This document shows, piece after piece, positions 38,258 to 49,508 of a DNA stretch of 64,000 bases; the stretch's first letter is position 1, and every line of letters starts with the position of its first letter. The stretch lies in NCBI GenBank assembly GCA_041674405.1, contig JBAYVT010000002.1, positions 23,158 through 87,157 on the forward strand. The letters are read 5' to 3'. A program made the position numbers and the translations under genes. The notes beneath the pieces are model-generated. The model made no database searches. It saw only the letters and a program-made list of their open reading frames with translations, and had not been told where the DNA came from. The stretch is from Patescibacteria group bacterium. GTDB lineage: Bacteria; Patescibacteriota; UBA1384; XYA2-FULL-43-10.

Positions 38258-38551
38258 ATGAAAAAAGTCATTCATCCAACTTATTATCCTGAGGCTAAGG
38301 TCACATGTGCATGTGGTGCAACTTTTACTATGGGATCAACCGAAAAAGAGATTCATGTAGAAATCTGCTCCGCCTGTCACCCATACTTTACCGGCAAAGA
38401 AAAACTGGTTGATACCGCTGGCCGCGTCGATAAATTTAAAGAGCGAATGGAAGCAGCCAAGAAGTTCAAAGAAACTAAAGAACTGAAGAACAAAAGAACC
38501 GAAGAACCAAAAGAGAATACTTCCAAAAACGAAAAATCTGAAGATAAATAG
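38258..38551 (+). CDS. rpmE: 50S ribosomal protein L31 with a Lys/Glu-rich C-terminal extension
   Basis: [10 protein letters not shown]...CACG...[10 protein letters not shown] zinc-ribbon L31 signature. Confidence 0.85.
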   Translation: MKKVIHPTYYPEAKVTCACGATFTMGSTEKEIHVEICSACHPYFTGKEKLVDTAGRVDKFKERMEAAKKFKETKELKNKRTEEPKENTSKNEKSEDK

Positions 38552-38570
38552 CTCAATTTGAGATACAATG

Positions 38571-38605
38571 AAACCAGCGAGAATTTTCAAGCTGGTTTTT
38601 CATTA
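38571..38605 (+). terminator. hairpin aaaccagc/gctggttt followed by a T-tract
   Basis: Seen in sequence after rpmE. Confidence 0.55.
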
Positions 38606-38641
38606 TCTAACATAAGCCCAATAAGTCTTATTAGAATTTTT

Positions 38642-39715
38642 ATGAACGATAAACTACAAAAAATTTTAGATCGTTATTACAAACTCGATAATAAACTCAA
38701 GGATCCGGCGTTATCGTCAAATCCCGAGGAATTGGCTCACGTCGCTAAAGAAAAAGCTGAGATCGAAGATGATGCCAAAAAAATCGAGCGTTATTTTCAA
38801 ATTGAAAAAAATATTGAAGAAAATAAAGAAATAATTCGCGATAATGATCCCGAACTTTCTGAAATCGCAGAGTCCGAGCTCGATGATTTAACAGCGGAAA
38901 AATCTAATCTGGAACAAGATTTGAAGCGTCTCCTCGTTCCGGAAGATCCAATGGACAAAAAAAACGTCATCATCGAAATTCGCCCGGCAGCCGGTGGTGA
39001 TGAGTCAGAGCTTTTCGCTGCTAAGATTTTTCGGATGTACTCTCGCTACGCTGAGCGCCAGGGTTGGAAAATGGAAATTTTAAATTCATCAATGAGTGGG
39101 ATTGGGGGCATTAAGGACCTTTCATTTGAAATTAAAGGCGACAAGGTCTATTCGAAAATGAAATACGAATCAGGTGTTCATCGAGTCCAGAGAGTACCAG
39201 AAACTGAAAAAGCCGGCAGAATTCATACCTCAACAGTTACCGTGGCGGTACTTCCGGAAGCTGAGGAAGCTGATATTGAAATAAAACCCGAGGACCTTCG
39301 AATCGATGTTTTTCGATCCTCCGGCCCTGGCGGCCAATCGGTAAATACAACTGATTCCGCCGTTCGAATCACGCATACACCAACCGGGCTTGTGGTTACC
39401 TGCCAAGATGAAAAATCGCAATTGAAAAATAAGGCAAAAGCCCTGAACATCTTACGCTCTCGGCTTCTTTCGGCTGAAGAAGAAAGGTTATCCAAAGAAA
39501 GGGGAGATGCTCGCCGTTCGCAGATCGGCACCGGAGATAGATCGGAAAAAATCCGCACTTATAACTTCCCCCAAGATCGCATTACCGATCACCGGATCAA
39601 TATGTCCTGGCATTCATTGCCAAAAATTATGGATGGTGATATTGAGCCGATAATTACTGCCCTCATTGCGGAAGACCAAGCACGAAAATTACAATCTGAA
39701 TCTAATGAATCTTAA
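38642..39715 (+). CDS. prfA: peptide chain release factor 1
   Basis: GGQ motif ([11 protein letters not shown]). PET (PxT) tripeptide. Start taken at the ATG at 38642 (MNDKLQK). Confidence 0.9.
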   Translation: MNDKLQKILDRYYKLDNKLKDPALSSNPEELAHVAKEKAEIEDDAKKIERYFQIEKNIEENKEIIRDNDPELSEIAESELDDLTAEKSNLEQDLKRLLVPEDPMDKKNVIIEIRPAAGGDESELFAAKIFRMYSRYAERQGWKMEILNSSMSGIGGIKDLSFEIKGDKVYSKMKYESGVHRVQRVPETEKAGRIHTSTVTVAVLPEAEEADIEIKPEDLRIDVFRSSGPGGQSVNTTDSAVRITHTPTGLVVTCQDEKSQLKNKAKALNILRSRLLSAEEERLSKERGDARRSQIGTGDRSEKIRTYNFPQDRITDHRINMSWHSLPKIMDGDIEPIITALIAEDQARKLQSESNES

Positions 39716-40568
39716 AACCGCTTTTTTGCGCGCCAAAAATGAACTCAATGCAATAGGCATTAAAACAGCCGAACTCGATGCCAAAGTTTTGCTTTTGCAG
39801 GTTATCGAAGAAAATGATGTTTATCTTTTGAAAAATCCCCTTTTCCCTTTAACCAACTCGCAATATTCAAAATTCCGCCGATGTATTCGCCGGCGAAAGT
39901 CTGGCGAACCGGTCGCCTATATTCTCGGCCATAAAGAATTTTTTGGTTTTGATTTTAAGGTAAACAAAAATGTCCTCATTCCACGACCGGAAACCGAACT
40001 CATCGTCGAGCAAGCAATCGAGTTTATAAAGCATAAAGTCCAAAAATTCGAAGGCAAATTAAACATCATCGATATTGGCACCGGTTCCGGCTGCATTATA
40101 ATTTCAATCGCAAATTCTCTACGGACTATGGGCTATGGACTACGTGCTAAATTGTATGCAAGTGATATTTCTGATAAAGCACTGCGAGTCGCCAGACTGA
40201 ATGCCAAGAAGAATGGGGTTAATAAACAAATTAAATTTTTCCGTTCGGACCTATTTTCGAATGGAAAATTGCCAAAAAAATTCGATTTAATTTTAGCAAA
40301 TCTGCCTTACCTAAAATCGAATTATAAAAATCTGGATTCCGAACCAAAAATCGCACTCGACGGAGGAAGGAATGGATTGAAAATTGTCAGCTCATTAATT
40401 GAGCTTTTGCCGGAAAAATTAAACCGCAGCGGCATTGCCCTCCTAGAGATTGACAACGATCAACCAGAAAAAATTAAAAAAAACGTTGGTAATATTCCAA
40501 ATTTAAAATTTGAAGAAGTAAAATCCATTCCTCATTGGCACGGCACGATAAAAATTTCAAGAAATTGA
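39705..40568 (+). CDS. prmC: release factor glutamine N5-methyltransferase PrmC/HemK
   Basis: [11 protein letters not shown] motif I. NLPY (NPPY variant). Overlaps the prfA end. Confidence 0.8.
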   Translation: MNLKTAFLRAKNELNAIGIKTAELDAKVLLLQVIEENDVYLLKNPLFPLTNSQYSKFRRCIRRRKSGEPVAYILGHKEFFGFDFKVNKNVLIPRPETELIVEQAIEFIKHKVQKFEGKLNIIDIGTGSGCIIISIANSLRTMGYGLRAKLYASDISDKALRVARLNAKKNGVNKQIKFFRSDLFSNGKLPKKFDLILANLPYLKSNYKNLDSEPKIALDGGRNGLKIVSSLIELLPEKLNRSGIALLEIDNDQPEKIKKNVGNIPNLKFEEVKSIPHWHGTIKISRN

Positions 40569-40593
40569 AAAATCCGCCATCGGGCGGATTTTT
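40568..40593. terminator. bidirectional terminator aaaaatccgcc-atcg-ggcggattttt between convergent prmC and htrA
   Basis: Seen in sequence. Confidence 0.6.
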
Positions 40594-40645
40594 CATATAC
40601 TTGTGATAATTTGCGTAAAGGATTATGCACGCTACTCTGATTATC

Positions 40646-41875
40646 TTATTGTGATTGCTGAAGTACTACCTTCACATCTTTTTCATCACCCTTAGAGAGA
40701 ATACGAAGTGTAATCGTGTCTCCGATTTTGTATTGCTGGATAAGGTTTACAAGGCTATGATCAACATCAACTTTTTCTCCGTTTATCTCTAGAATAATAT
40801 CGTTTTCAACAATTCCTGCTTTATCTGCCGGCGATCCTGGCACAACAGCAACTTGTCCAAGGCCATTACCCCGAATTACGAGTGCCCCATAATCAACGGA
40901 CAAATTATTCTGTTGTGCAATATCTTTGGTAATTTGAATATATCTTACTCCAAGATACGGACGAACAATTTTTCCGGTAGCCTTGATGCTGTCGATAGCC
41001 GTTTTTGCTACATTGATCGGAATAGCAAAACCGATTCCTTGTGCATTTGATGCTACCGCCGTATTTATTCCGATAACCTGGCCAGCCAAATTGACTAACG
41101 GCCCACCAGAATTTCCGGGGTTAATCGCGGCATCGGTTTGTAAAAGCCCGGTTAAATCTTCAGATGTCGTTCCCGTGGAATCTGATGCCTGAACTGATCG
41201 ATTTACTCCCGAAATTACCCCTTGGGTAACAGTATTCTGATATTGCCCCAGAGCATTTCCTACCGCTACAACCCATTGCCCAACAACCAATTGGTCCGAG
41301 TCGCCAAGTTCCACTACCGGCAAATTATTAGCGTCGATTTTGACTACAGCCAAATCCTGCGTAGGATCGAGTGATTGAACTGTTGCGTCAAATGATCTAC
41401 CATCGGCCAGAACAACGGTGTATTGGGTATTGGTATCAGAAACGACATGCTTATTAGTGAGAATCAATCCGTCATTCGTGATGATGAAGCCCGTTCCGGC
41501 GCCCTGTGATTGAACAGTTTGGCCAAATAAATTCTGATAAGTTGATTTAGATACGATTGAAACCACCGAAGGAGAGACCTTTTTGCTCGCATCGATCACC
41601 GCATTGGATTCCTGTAGTACTAATTTCTGGGTGGTGGTTGTTCCAATTGATAGATTGCCAACATTTTTTACCCCAAGCTTGTTGGCGATTGCGCCATTGT
41701 TTGTAAATAATACAACGATTGCAAACATGCCTCCTATTATTCCCAAAACAAACGCTGTGATTACAACAAATACTGATAAAACAAGGGCCTTGCTTTTTCT
41801 TTTGGGTGTAACACTTGGCATTTCCGGGCTACCAAAATTGCTATCTTCTATTTTTATTTCTTGAGGAGACATCAA
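40646..41875 (-). CDS. htrA: HtrA/DegP-family serine protease with a PDZ domain and an N-terminal TM anchor
   Basis: TNKHVV, GNSGGPL, catalytic triad context. C-terminal PDZ. Confidence 0.85.
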   Translation of the reverse strand: MMSPQEIKIEDSNFGSPEMPSVTPKRKSKALVLSVFVVITAFVLGIIGGMFAIVVLFTNNGAIANKLGVKNVGNLSIGTTTTQKLVLQESNAVIDASKKVSPSVVSIVSKSTYQNLFGQTVQSQGAGTGFIITNDGLILTNKHVVSDTNTQYTVVLADGRSFDATVQSLDPTQDLAVVKIDANNLPVVELGDSDQLVVGQWVVAVGNALGQYQNTVTQGVISGVNRSVQASDSTGTTSEDLTGLLQTDAAINPGNSGGPLVNLAGQVIGINTAVASNAQGIGFAIPINVAKTAIDSIKATGKIVRPYLGVRYIQITKDIAQQNNLSVDYGALVIRGNGLGQVAVVPGSPADKAGIVENDIILEINGEKVDVDHSLVNLIQQYKIGDTITLRILSKGDEKDVKVVLQQSQ

Positions 41876-41984
41876 TCCTCCATACTTAATTCTATATACA
41901 AACTAAAATTATACTTTAGATATTCAGTAAGTTCAATGTACGATTAAATTCTACCCCTAATATACTGAGAATTCCCTTAAAAAA

Positions 41985-42548
41985 TTAAGAGCTTTTGCGA
42001 ATAAAATTTTTAAGCTTTAACTCATCATCTTTAAGCTCACGCTCTAGTACCACCCAGCCATTTTTATCCAGATTCACATTTGGCACGATATGCAACTTTC
42101 CGTCATCTGCAACAATCCGGACCTTTCTTATGTCAACTTTTTGAATCACGCCTTCGACATCACCGGTCTTAACCCTGAATCCAACCTCAAAATCTTCATC
42201 TTTAGCTAAAAAGACGCCGGAAATAATATCCGAAGTCAAGGTTGTGGCACCATTCGCCAAAGCTAAACCAAGAACTAGAAGCGATCCTGAGATGGTGATT
42301 GCGATTGAAGTAAAACCAAGCGCTCTTGCCATTTCTCCAAATAATAATACCCAGAATATAATTGTTAGCATCGAAATAATTATTCCGGATAATGCTTTTG
42401 GCACCTTAGTATATTTCAAAGTGTTTTTTAAAACCGAAAGCACAATGCGTATAATTATGTAACCTATTACCAAGCCAAGCACTACAAAAGGAAGCTTGGG
42501 CAGATAATTCAAGATGGGATCCCAAAATCTCGTAACGATATAATTCAT
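41985..42548 (-). CDS. small mechanosensitive-channel-like (MscS family) membrane protein
   Basis: 3 TM segments followed by a beta-rich soluble domain. Weak family assignment. Confidence 0.45.
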   Translation of the reverse strand: MNYIVTRFWDPILNYLPKLPFVVLGLVIGYIIIRIVLSVLKNTLKYTKVPKALSGIIISMLTIIFWVLLFGEMARALGFTSIAITISGSLLVLGLALANGATTLTSDIISGVFLAKDEDFEVGFRVKTGDVEGVIQKVDIRKVRIVADDGKLHIVPNVNLDKNGWVVLERELKDDELKLKNFIRKSS

Positions 42549-43960
42549 TTGCTCTCCAATCTCTCAGTAATTAATTTATTTATGATCTGCGGATTGGCTT
42601 TTCCACCCATTTCGCGCATAACAAGACCAACAAAAAAACCTAAAAGTTTTTTCTCACCAGTTCGATATCGCTCAGCCTCGGCCGGATTCTCTGAAATTAT
42701 CTTGTCAACAATTTTTCCAACTGAGTCTTCGTCGGAAACTTGTTCGAGGCCTTCGGCCTTAATAATTTCAGCTGCAGTTGTACCGCTTTCAACCATTTTA
42801 GAGAAAATGTTCTTTGCAGTGTTGTACGAAATTTTTCCTGATTTTATAAAAGAAAGAAGGTCACCAAGATGTGTTATTGGAACCCGTTTTTTGTACTCTT
42901 CATATGTGAGCTTTTTGTTGGCAATTTCCCGGCTGACTTCTTCGGTCACCCAGAGAGCCAATGCTTTTTCTAATTTTTCCGCATCCTTAAGATAAGTCGC
43001 ATGATCAATATTTGAGACAATTTTATCAGCAATGTTTTCTGGAATTTCAGATTCATTAAGATGTGCTTTGAGTGTTGCGGGTGTATGCCCAATAGATTTT
43101 TTAATTGTTTCAACCGCATCGTTCGGGGTTTTGACCGGTGGTAAATCAGGTTCTGGAAAATATCGATAGTCGGCAGCTTCCTCTTTGCGGCGTTGTTCGA
43201 AAGTAATATCTTTTTTGCTGTCATAACCTCGAGTGATCTTCGATTTTTTTTCCGGCCAATTTTGGTAATCGTCTTCCAATCTTTTTGCTTCGATCAGAAG
43301 CGCCCTTTCAATAAATTTGAACGAATTAATATTCTTGAGTTCAACTATTGGCGACATCTTTCCATTTTCATCCTTCACATCAATATTGGCATCGCAGCGC
43401 AAATGTCCCTTTTCCATCGATGCCTCGGAAACTCCGAGATATTTTACGAGAAGAACAAGTTCCTGCAAAAATTTTTTTGCTTCCGCCGGCGAGGTAATGT
43501 CCGGCTCGGTCACTATTTCCATAAGGGGTGTGCCGGCGCGGTTAAGGTCAACATAACTTGCACCATTTTTATGTATTAATTTGCCGGCATCTTCCTCGAG
43601 ATGAATGCGGTTTAATCTAATTTTGTGCCCGTCAATTTCAAGATGTCCCCCAATGCAAAAAGGTTGATCGTACTGGCTAACCTGAAAACCTTTTGGCAAA
43701 TCCGGGTAGAAATAGTGTTTTCGGTCAAATTTTGAAAGGGGATTGATTTTGCAATTCATAGCCAGGCCAGTCTTGATAGTCCACTCTATTGCTTGCTTAT
43801 TCGCAACAGGCAACGCGCCTGGCATGCCAAGGCAGACTGGACAAACATTGGAGTTTGGCTCGGCAGATTCCGAATTATTGTCACATTCACAGAACATTTT
43901 GCTTTTCGTCGCAAGCTGTACATGAATTTCTAATCCGATTGTAGTTTTAAACTTAGGCAT
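42545..43960 (-). CDS. gatB: Asp/Glu-tRNA amidotransferase subunit B
   Basis: N-terminus KTTIGLEIHVQL...MFCEC. Confidence 0.9.
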   Translation of the reverse strand: MPKFKTTIGLEIHVQLATKSKMFCECDNNSESAEPNSNVCPVCLGMPGALPVANKQAIEWTIKTGLAMNCKINPLSKFDRKHYFYPDLPKGFQVSQYDQPFCIGGHLEIDGHKIRLNRIHLEEDAGKLIHKNGASYVDLNRAGTPLMEIVTEPDITSPAEAKKFLQELVLLVKYLGVSEASMEKGHLRCDANIDVKDENGKMSPIVELKNINSFKFIERALLIEAKRLEDDYQNWPEKKSKITRGYDSKKDITFEQRRKEEAADYRYFPEPDLPPVKTPNDAVETIKKSIGHTPATLKAHLNESEIPENIADKIVSNIDHATYLKDAEKLEKALALWVTEEVSREIANKKLTYEEYKKRVPITHLGDLLSFIKSGKISYNTAKNIFSKMVESGTTAAEIIKAEGLEQVSDEDSVGKIVDKIISENPAEAERYRTGEKKLLGFFVGLVMREMGGKANPQIINKLITERLESK

Positions 43961-44496
43961 TATCTTCCTTCGGAATCGTTAACATTATCTTCTTTGTATC
44001 GTGTCGCTTGTTCAGAACTGGTTCTCCAATCACCCTGTCCTGTGGTCACGGTCTTTGGTGTATCATGTTCACCAGCCAAATATCCGGGCAATGCATCTTC
44101 AACATGATCCCTTAAATAAGTGGCATTTCTCATATCTCTCCATGAATGGTAGTATTTTGGAATGATCCCTTGATTTATCACGGATGAGGCATAATTCAAA
44201 TATTGATCACTGGGCTTTAACTCAAGACTGGAAGCAAGATAGTCTTTCACCTGTTCGATGGAATTTGGGTCATAAGGGTCTAGTGAAGAAATACCAAGAA
44301 TATTTGAAATGATAATCAATCGGACCAATGGACTTGATTGCTCTAAACCGGCAATAATATCATCGATCGTTTTTTCTTCGTTTCTATGTAAATGTTCACG
44401 TATAATTTGCGGAAACTGATCTGAAAAAAGTGAGACCTTTTCAACAGCGTTTTCTGTTTCACCTGGAGGGATAGCTCCAATTCCTTCAGATTTCAT
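43960..44496 (-). CDS. hypothetical protein
   Basis: 178 aa with no recognised motif. Confidence 0.4.
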   Translation of the reverse strand: MKSEGIGAIPPGETENAVEKVSLFSDQFPQIIREHLHRNEEKTIDDIIAGLEQSSPLVRLIIISNILGISSLDPYDPNSIEQVKDYLASSLELKPSDQYLNYASSVINQGIIPKYYHSWRDMRNATYLRDHVEDALPGYLAGEHDTPKTVTTGQGDWRTSSEQATRYKEDNVNDSEGR

Positions 44497-44514
44497 TATG
44501 TAAACCTCATTAAA

Positions 44515-44961
44515 TTATATTTCCTGAATATAAGCTAAAAATTTTTGGGTGGCAGACACTAACGTTTGTCGCCCGATTTCTCCGTTGTCATGGGCAATCT
44601 GATTTCTTATTTTATGCGCGTACCATACTGATTCATATGTATTCCTATCCATAAATTTTTCCGCCGCGCGCAATCTGTCAGCAAACGTTTCCCCTTCACA
44701 ACCTTTCAATTTCAAAATGAAATCCACCAACTTGTCTGCTTCCAAAACCGCATGTTTTAGCTCAATTTTATTGTCCGAATTAGCAAGATCTAAAATTTCA
44801 TTTCTTTTTGTGCGGATATAATTTTTCTCCTCGTTTGAAATTCCCCGCTTGACTTTGCCTTTCTTTCGAAATGGCAAAGTAACAAGCCACCATAACCCAC
44901 GGAACAATCCTAAAACTATTACTTCCGGAACCGTTTGCTGATTTTTTTTATAATTTGCCAT
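44515..44961 (-). CDS. hypothetical protein with an N-terminal TM helix and an Rx4H (HEPN-like) motif
   Basis: VIVLGLFRGLWWLVTLPF TM segment. AHKIRNQIAHDNG near the C-terminus. Confidence 0.4.
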   Translation of the reverse strand: MANYKKNQQTVPEVIVLGLFRGLWWLVTLPFRKKGKVKRGISNEEKNYIRTKRNEILDLANSDNKIELKHAVLEADKLVDFILKLKGCEGETFADRLRAAEKFMDRNTYESVWYAHKIRNQIAHDNGEIGRQTLVSATQKFLAYIQEI

Positions 44962-45626
44962 TATTTGATCTCTATCGAATTAATATAAACCGGACTCACG
45001 GGTTTATCATTCGAATCAGTAGCTACTTCGGAAATGCTTTTTACCACATCCATCCCGGATAATACTTCGCCGAAAACCGTATATTTTCCATCGAGCTGAG
45101 GCTGTGGTTGGTCAGAGACAATGAAAAACTGGCTTCCGTTCGTATTCGGGCCAGAGTTTGCCATCGCAAGCGTGCCGGCGACAATCTTGTGGTCATTAAT
45201 TTCATCATTAAATTCATATCCCGGCCCACCAGTTCCATCACCCTTTGGATCACCGCTTTGGATCATGAAGCTTTTAATCACTCGGTGAAACGTAAGACCA
45301 TCATAAAATTTTTGATCCGCCAATTTTTCGAAATTTGCGACAGTATTTGGCGCATCCTGATCATATAGTTTAAGATCAATATCACCGAGGGAAGTCGTAA
45401 TGAGTGCTTCGTGTCTAGCGGGCGGATTTAAAGTTGCATTTATTTTCCCGCCAACAAAAGGAAATACAATGATAAGCGCAACCGCAACCACATACACCCA
45501 AAAATCAATTCTGTGCCAAGGCTCAGACCATGGGTTACTTAAAAATCTCTTCTTTTTTACAAGTTCCTTCTTGTCTATTATCTCTTCAATTTTTTTCTCT
45601 TTTCTTATGCGAGCTTTTTTACCCAT
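44961..45626 (-). CDS. ppiB: cyclophilin-type peptidyl-prolyl cis-trans isomerase with an N-terminal TM anchor
   Basis: [14 protein letters not shown]...[11 protein letters not shown]. Start placed at the internal Met (MGKKARI) to avoid overlap with the mazG-like gene. Confidence 0.75.
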   Translation of the reverse strand: MGKKARIRKEKKIEEIIDKKELVKKKRFLSNPWSEPWHRIDFWVYVVAVALIIVFPFVGGKINATLNPPARHEALITTSLGDIDLKLYDQDAPNTVANFEKLADQKFYDGLTFHRVIKSFMIQSGDPKGDGTGGPGYEFNDEINDHKIVAGTLAMANSGPNTNGSQFFIVSDQPQPQLDGKYTVFGEVLSGMDVVKSISEVATDSNDKPVSPVYINSIEIK

Positions 45627-45678
45627 CGGTTCCTTCAAAACAAATACTAATTTCTTAACTCTGGAAAAATGATCAGGA

Positions 45679-46014
45679 TTATTTTTGTAGCTTTTTACGC
45701 CTTGCTTTGATCTTCCCCATCTTCTTTTTAACTGATTCAAAAGCATCGATATCAATATTCTCGGCAATAAGTAAAGCAGTAATTATCACGTCGGCAATTT
45801 CACTGGAAATGTTATCTTTTTTATAATCAGACATTTTTTCACTGCGCTGCATATTCATTGACGACATAATTTCGTTGGATAATTCACCAACCTCTTCCAT
45901 CAATTTCACGGTTCGATTGAGTGTTCTGCGATCTTGGTCATAAATTGCGCCAATCTCACTAAGTGTTTTTTCATGCTCTTCCCTGATCAATTTTTGAATT
46001 TCTTCCGTATTCAT
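45679..46014 (-). CDS. MazG-like nucleotide pyrophosphohydrolase
   Basis: [12 protein letters not shown]...[10 protein letters not shown] (EExxE...D metal-binding pattern). Confidence 0.5.
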   Translation of the reverse strand: MNTEEIQKLIREEHEKTLSEIGAIYDQDRRTLNRTVKLMEEVGELSNEIMSSMNMQRSEKMSDYKKDNISSEIADVIITALLIAENIDIDAFESVKKKMGKIKARRKKLQK

Positions 46015-47480
46015 AGTTTTGGCTTTTTAACATGATGATCTGTTGAATTTTCAAATGCACTGGCGACTTTAAAGATTTTACCTTCTCCATGCATTGGGCC
46101 GATTAGCTGCATACCGACCGGAAGGCCAGACTTGGTAAACCCGGCAGGTACGCTCATTGCCGGCACACCGGCAGGATTTATCGGCACGGTATTGGCATCG
46201 GCCAAATACATCGAGAGCGGATCATCCATCTTCTCCCCGATTTTGAAAGCCGGGAAAGGGGAGACCGGCGTTAAAAGAACATCATATTTTTGTAATACTT
46301 CCTCGTACTCTTTCTTGATTTTCGTTCGGACTTTAGCCGCCTTAAGATAATATGCATCGTAATAGCCAGAGGAGAGTGTATATGTACCCATCATAATCGA
46401 ACGCTTTGCTTCATCCCCAAATCCGGCTGTTCTGGAATTGAAATAGATTTCTTCCAAAGTTTTTAGTTTTTCGTTTTTAGTTTTTAGTTCGCTATAGCCA
46501 TAACGAATTCCATCATATCTGGAAAGATTTGATGATGCTTCAGATTTTGCGATTATATAGTATGTCGCAATCGCGTATTTAGTTGATGGCAATGATGTTT
46601 CCTCAACAATCGCACCCAATTTTTCTAGCTGGTGTTTCGCGTTTTCCAAAATTTCTGCTACCTCAGGATTTAATCCCTCACCATAAAACTCTTTTGGCAC
46701 GCCGATTTTTACCCCTTTCAAATTTTTAGCAAGATACGAGGTATAGTCGGGTAATGCTTCCTGTATCGTGGTTGAATCCTTCGGATCATTGCCGGCGATA
46801 TGATTTAAGATAATTGCCGCATCTTCGACGGTTTTGGCAATTGGTCCGATAGTATCAAAACTTGAAGCATAGCTTACCACTCCGTTTCTAGAGACTAGCC
46901 CATAGGTTACCTTAAGTCCGACTGTTGAGCAAAAGCTGGATGGCTGGCGTATTGAGCCTCCGGTATCGGTTCCTAGTGAAAAAACGCACTCGTCAGCAGC
47001 AACGGCAGCTGCCGATCCTCCCGACGAACCACCGGGAACTCGGTCCAAATCCCAGGGATTATGCGTCGGTCCAAAATACGAGGTTTCTGTCGATGAGCCC
47101 ATCGTAAATTCATCTGTATTCACTTTCCCGAGAAGTATACAACCGGCATCCTTAAGTTTTTTAACAACCGTTGCGTCGTGAGGAGGAATAAAATCTTCGA
47201 GTATTTTTGAGGCTGCAGTTGTCTTTATTCCCTTCGTTAAAAACACATCCTTGAGCGCTATCGGAATCCCGTCGAGTTCACTTAAAATTTTGCCAGCAGC
47301 TCTGCGCTTGTCAGACTCCTTCGCCTCATTGAGAGCGGATTCTTTTGTAATCGTAATATATGATTTTACTTTCGGTTCCACGCTTTCAATCCGTTCGAAA
47401 ATTGCTTCTGTTAATCTGGCTGAGGTGATTTCTCCGCTTGAAAGCTTGTCTATTGCCTGTTTTAGAGTTAAAGAATGCAT
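46011..47480 (-). CDS. gatA: Glu-tRNA(Gln) amidotransferase subunit A
   Basis: Amidase signature GGSSGGSAAAVAA. Confidence 0.9.
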   Translation of the reverse strand: MHSLTLKQAIDKLSSGEITSARLTEAIFERIESVEPKVKSYITITKESALNEAKESDKRRAAGKILSELDGIPIALKDVFLTKGIKTTAASKILEDFIPPHDATVVKKLKDAGCILLGKVNTDEFTMGSSTETSYFGPTHNPWDLDRVPGGSSGGSAAAVAADECVFSLGTDTGGSIRQPSSFCSTVGLKVTYGLVSRNGVVSYASSFDTIGPIAKTVEDAAIILNHIAGNDPKDSTTIQEALPDYTSYLAKNLKGVKIGVPKEFYGEGLNPEVAEILENAKHQLEKLGAIVEETSLPSTKYAIATYYIIAKSEASSNLSRYDGIRYGYSELKTKNEKLKTLEEIYFNSRTAGFGDEAKRSIMMGTYTLSSGYYDAYYLKAAKVRTKIKKEYEEVLQKYDVLLTPVSPFPAFKIGEKMDDPLSMYLADANTVPINPAGVPAMSVPAGFTKSGLPVGMQLIGPMHGEGKIFKVASAFENSTDHHVKKPKL

Positions 47481-47798
47481 TTAGATTTCCTCATCACCAT
47501 TAGCAAAAACGCCTGGAACTTTGAAAGATTTGGACTCAAATTCCGGTGCATTTAGCTCTATTTCGGCATATCCTATTTCCGATCTTTCAACTATGTCTTC
47601 GCGAGAAATATTGGTTAGTCCGGTAACCTGAGCAGTCGGTTCGACATTTTCCGTATTTACTTCGGACAGCTGGTCAACATATTCTAAAACGCTAGAGAGC
47701 TGTCGAGCAAACTTGTCTTTTTCCGGTTCGGAAAGATTCAGCCGTGCCAATTTGGCAATATATTCAACATCGGTTTTGGATAATTTCGCCATAAACAA
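47481..47798 (-). CDS. gatC: Glu-tRNA(Gln) amidotransferase subunit C
   Basis: About 100 aa. Typical GatC helical N-terminus. Immediately upstream of gatA. Confidence 0.8.
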   Translation of the reverse strand: MFMAKLSKTDVEYIAKLARLNLSEPEKDKFARQLSSVLEYVDQLSEVNTENVEPTAQVTGLTNISREDIVERSEIGYAEIELNAPEFESKSFKVPGVFANGDEEI

Positions 47799-47874
47799 AA
47801 AAATATTAGCTCTTAGAAACCTAAACCGATCTTAGCACTATTCGTTTCTAGGTTCAAGCAACCAATTGCTATTT

Positions 47875-49254
47875 TTAAATCCTCTGGCAATCAAAAACAA
47901 CAGGATATTTATTATCAAAACAAGCTGAACAAAATCCTGTATTACCAGAAGCTCGATGTAGCCCATCTAGGCTCAAATAATGCACTCCCTCTACTCCGAG
48001 GTATTTTTCCAGTGCCGGCAAATCAAGTTTGGAGGCAATTAATTCCTCTTCTTTTGCCATATCAATGCCATAGTAACACGGGTGTTTTACTGGTGGGCTC
48101 GCTACAATTATTCGGATTTCCTTTGCACCGGCTTCGCGTACCATTTTTACGATTTCCTTAGATGTCGAGCCACGAACAATAGAATCATCAACCAGGCCAA
48201 CTCGCTTGCCATTGATTAATTTTTTTAACACATTTAATTTCAAACGTACTCCCGAGATCCTGACTGAACTTGAAGGATCAATAAAAAGACGTTTTGCTTG
48301 GGGTGTTTTAATGATTCCCCTGCCATATGAGACACCCGAGGCGCTGTGAAATCCAATTGCCGATGCGATTCCTGAGTCTGGAATTGGAACAATAATATCT
48401 AGCTTCTTTTTTAATATCTGATTTTCTTCAAATAAAATTTTCCCTAATTTATGGCGAAACATTTCATTCGGAGTACCGTTCAAAATACTATCCGGCCTTG
48501 ATAAATATATTTTCTCAAAAACACAAAAACTAACCTTACTTCCTCCATGCAAATATTTACTGGATATTATCTTTCCACTGGAGAAAACTAGCATAGTGCC
48601 CGCCCCAACCTCCTTTATATTTTTTGCACCCATTTGATCCAGAGCACAAGTTTCAGAAGCAAGCATAAAAATAGTTTCTTCGTTAGTTTTTGCCCTCCCA
48701 TAAAAAAGAGGCCTGATTCCTTTCGGATCACGTACAGCGATTAATTTTTTAGCGGTTAAAACAAGAAGAGAAAAGGATCCACAAATTCGATTACAAGTTT
48801 CAGCGACTGCTTGTTCAATAGTTTTTTCATTTGAATGCGCAATCAACGATGCAATTAATTCTGTGTCGCTATCTCCTGATAACTTAATTCGGCGGCTTAT
48901 CATTTCTTGGCGTAATTTAGAACTATCAATATTGCCGTTATGAACAACTGAAACATGATATTTTCCTCTTTTTTCAACTGGCTGGGCATTTTCTATAACT
49001 GATCCTCCGGTTGTCGAATAACGATTTTGCCCGACTGCAATATTGCCGGTAAGCGGAGTAATAGTTTCTTGGCGAAAAATTTCGCTTACCAGTCCTTGTT
49101 TTTTGTATGTCTTGATTCTTTTGCCGTTTGATACCGAAATTCCAGCAGATTCTTGTCCCCGGCCCTGAATACTCTGAAGACCAATAACAAGAAGGCTTGC
49201 CAACATGAATGAATCCTTATTTTTTTCGGATATCGCTCCAACTATTCCACACAT
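47875..49254 (-). CDS. purF: amidophosphoribosyltransferase
   Basis: N-terminal MCGIVG (Ntn Cys). PRTase motif VVLVDDSIVRGSTS. Confidence 0.8.
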   Translation of the reverse strand: MCGIVGAISEKNKDSFMLASLLVIGLQSIQGRGQESAGISVSNGKRIKTYKKQGLVSEIFRQETITPLTGNIAVGQNRYSTTGGSVIENAQPVEKRGKYHVSVVHNGNIDSSKLRQEMISRRIKLSGDSDTELIASLIAHSNEKTIEQAVAETCNRICGSFSLLVLTAKKLIAVRDPKGIRPLFYGRAKTNEETIFMLASETCALDQMGAKNIKEVGAGTMLVFSSGKIISSKYLHGGSKVSFCVFEKIYLSRPDSILNGTPNEMFRHKLGKILFEENQILKKKLDIIVPIPDSGIASAIGFHSASGVSYGRGIIKTPQAKRLFIDPSSSVRISGVRLKLNVLKKLINGKRVGLVDDSIVRGSTSKEIVKMVREAGAKEIRIIVASPPVKHPCYYGIDMAKEEELIASKLDLPALEKYLGVEGVHYLSLDGLHRASGNTGFCSACFDNKYPVVFDCQRI

Positions 49255-49436
49255 GGTAATCCTTTTGTAATTAAAACTAAATCATCCCAATTTCATCTTA
49301 TATCTTTTACCCTGAAATACAAAAAATGCATTAAAATTTTGTGCACATTTTTTGTTCTCCTAGATGATTTGATATTTAAATCGGGAAAATTTGATTAAGG
49401 GAAGATATATATCCTAACCAAAATAAATCAGAGCGA

Positions 49437-49463
49437 TTGACAAAACTACCCTTATGTTATAAT
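49437..49463 (+). promoter_or_regulatory. near-consensus sigma70 promoter TTGACA-15nt-TGtTATAAT (extended -10)
   Basis: Seen in sequence. Followed by AGGAGG at 49501-49506 and the ATG at 49509. Confidence 0.55.
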
Positions 49464-49508
49464 ATTCCAAGTTGGACTCATACACCGACATACAGGCTAC
49501 AGGAGGAG

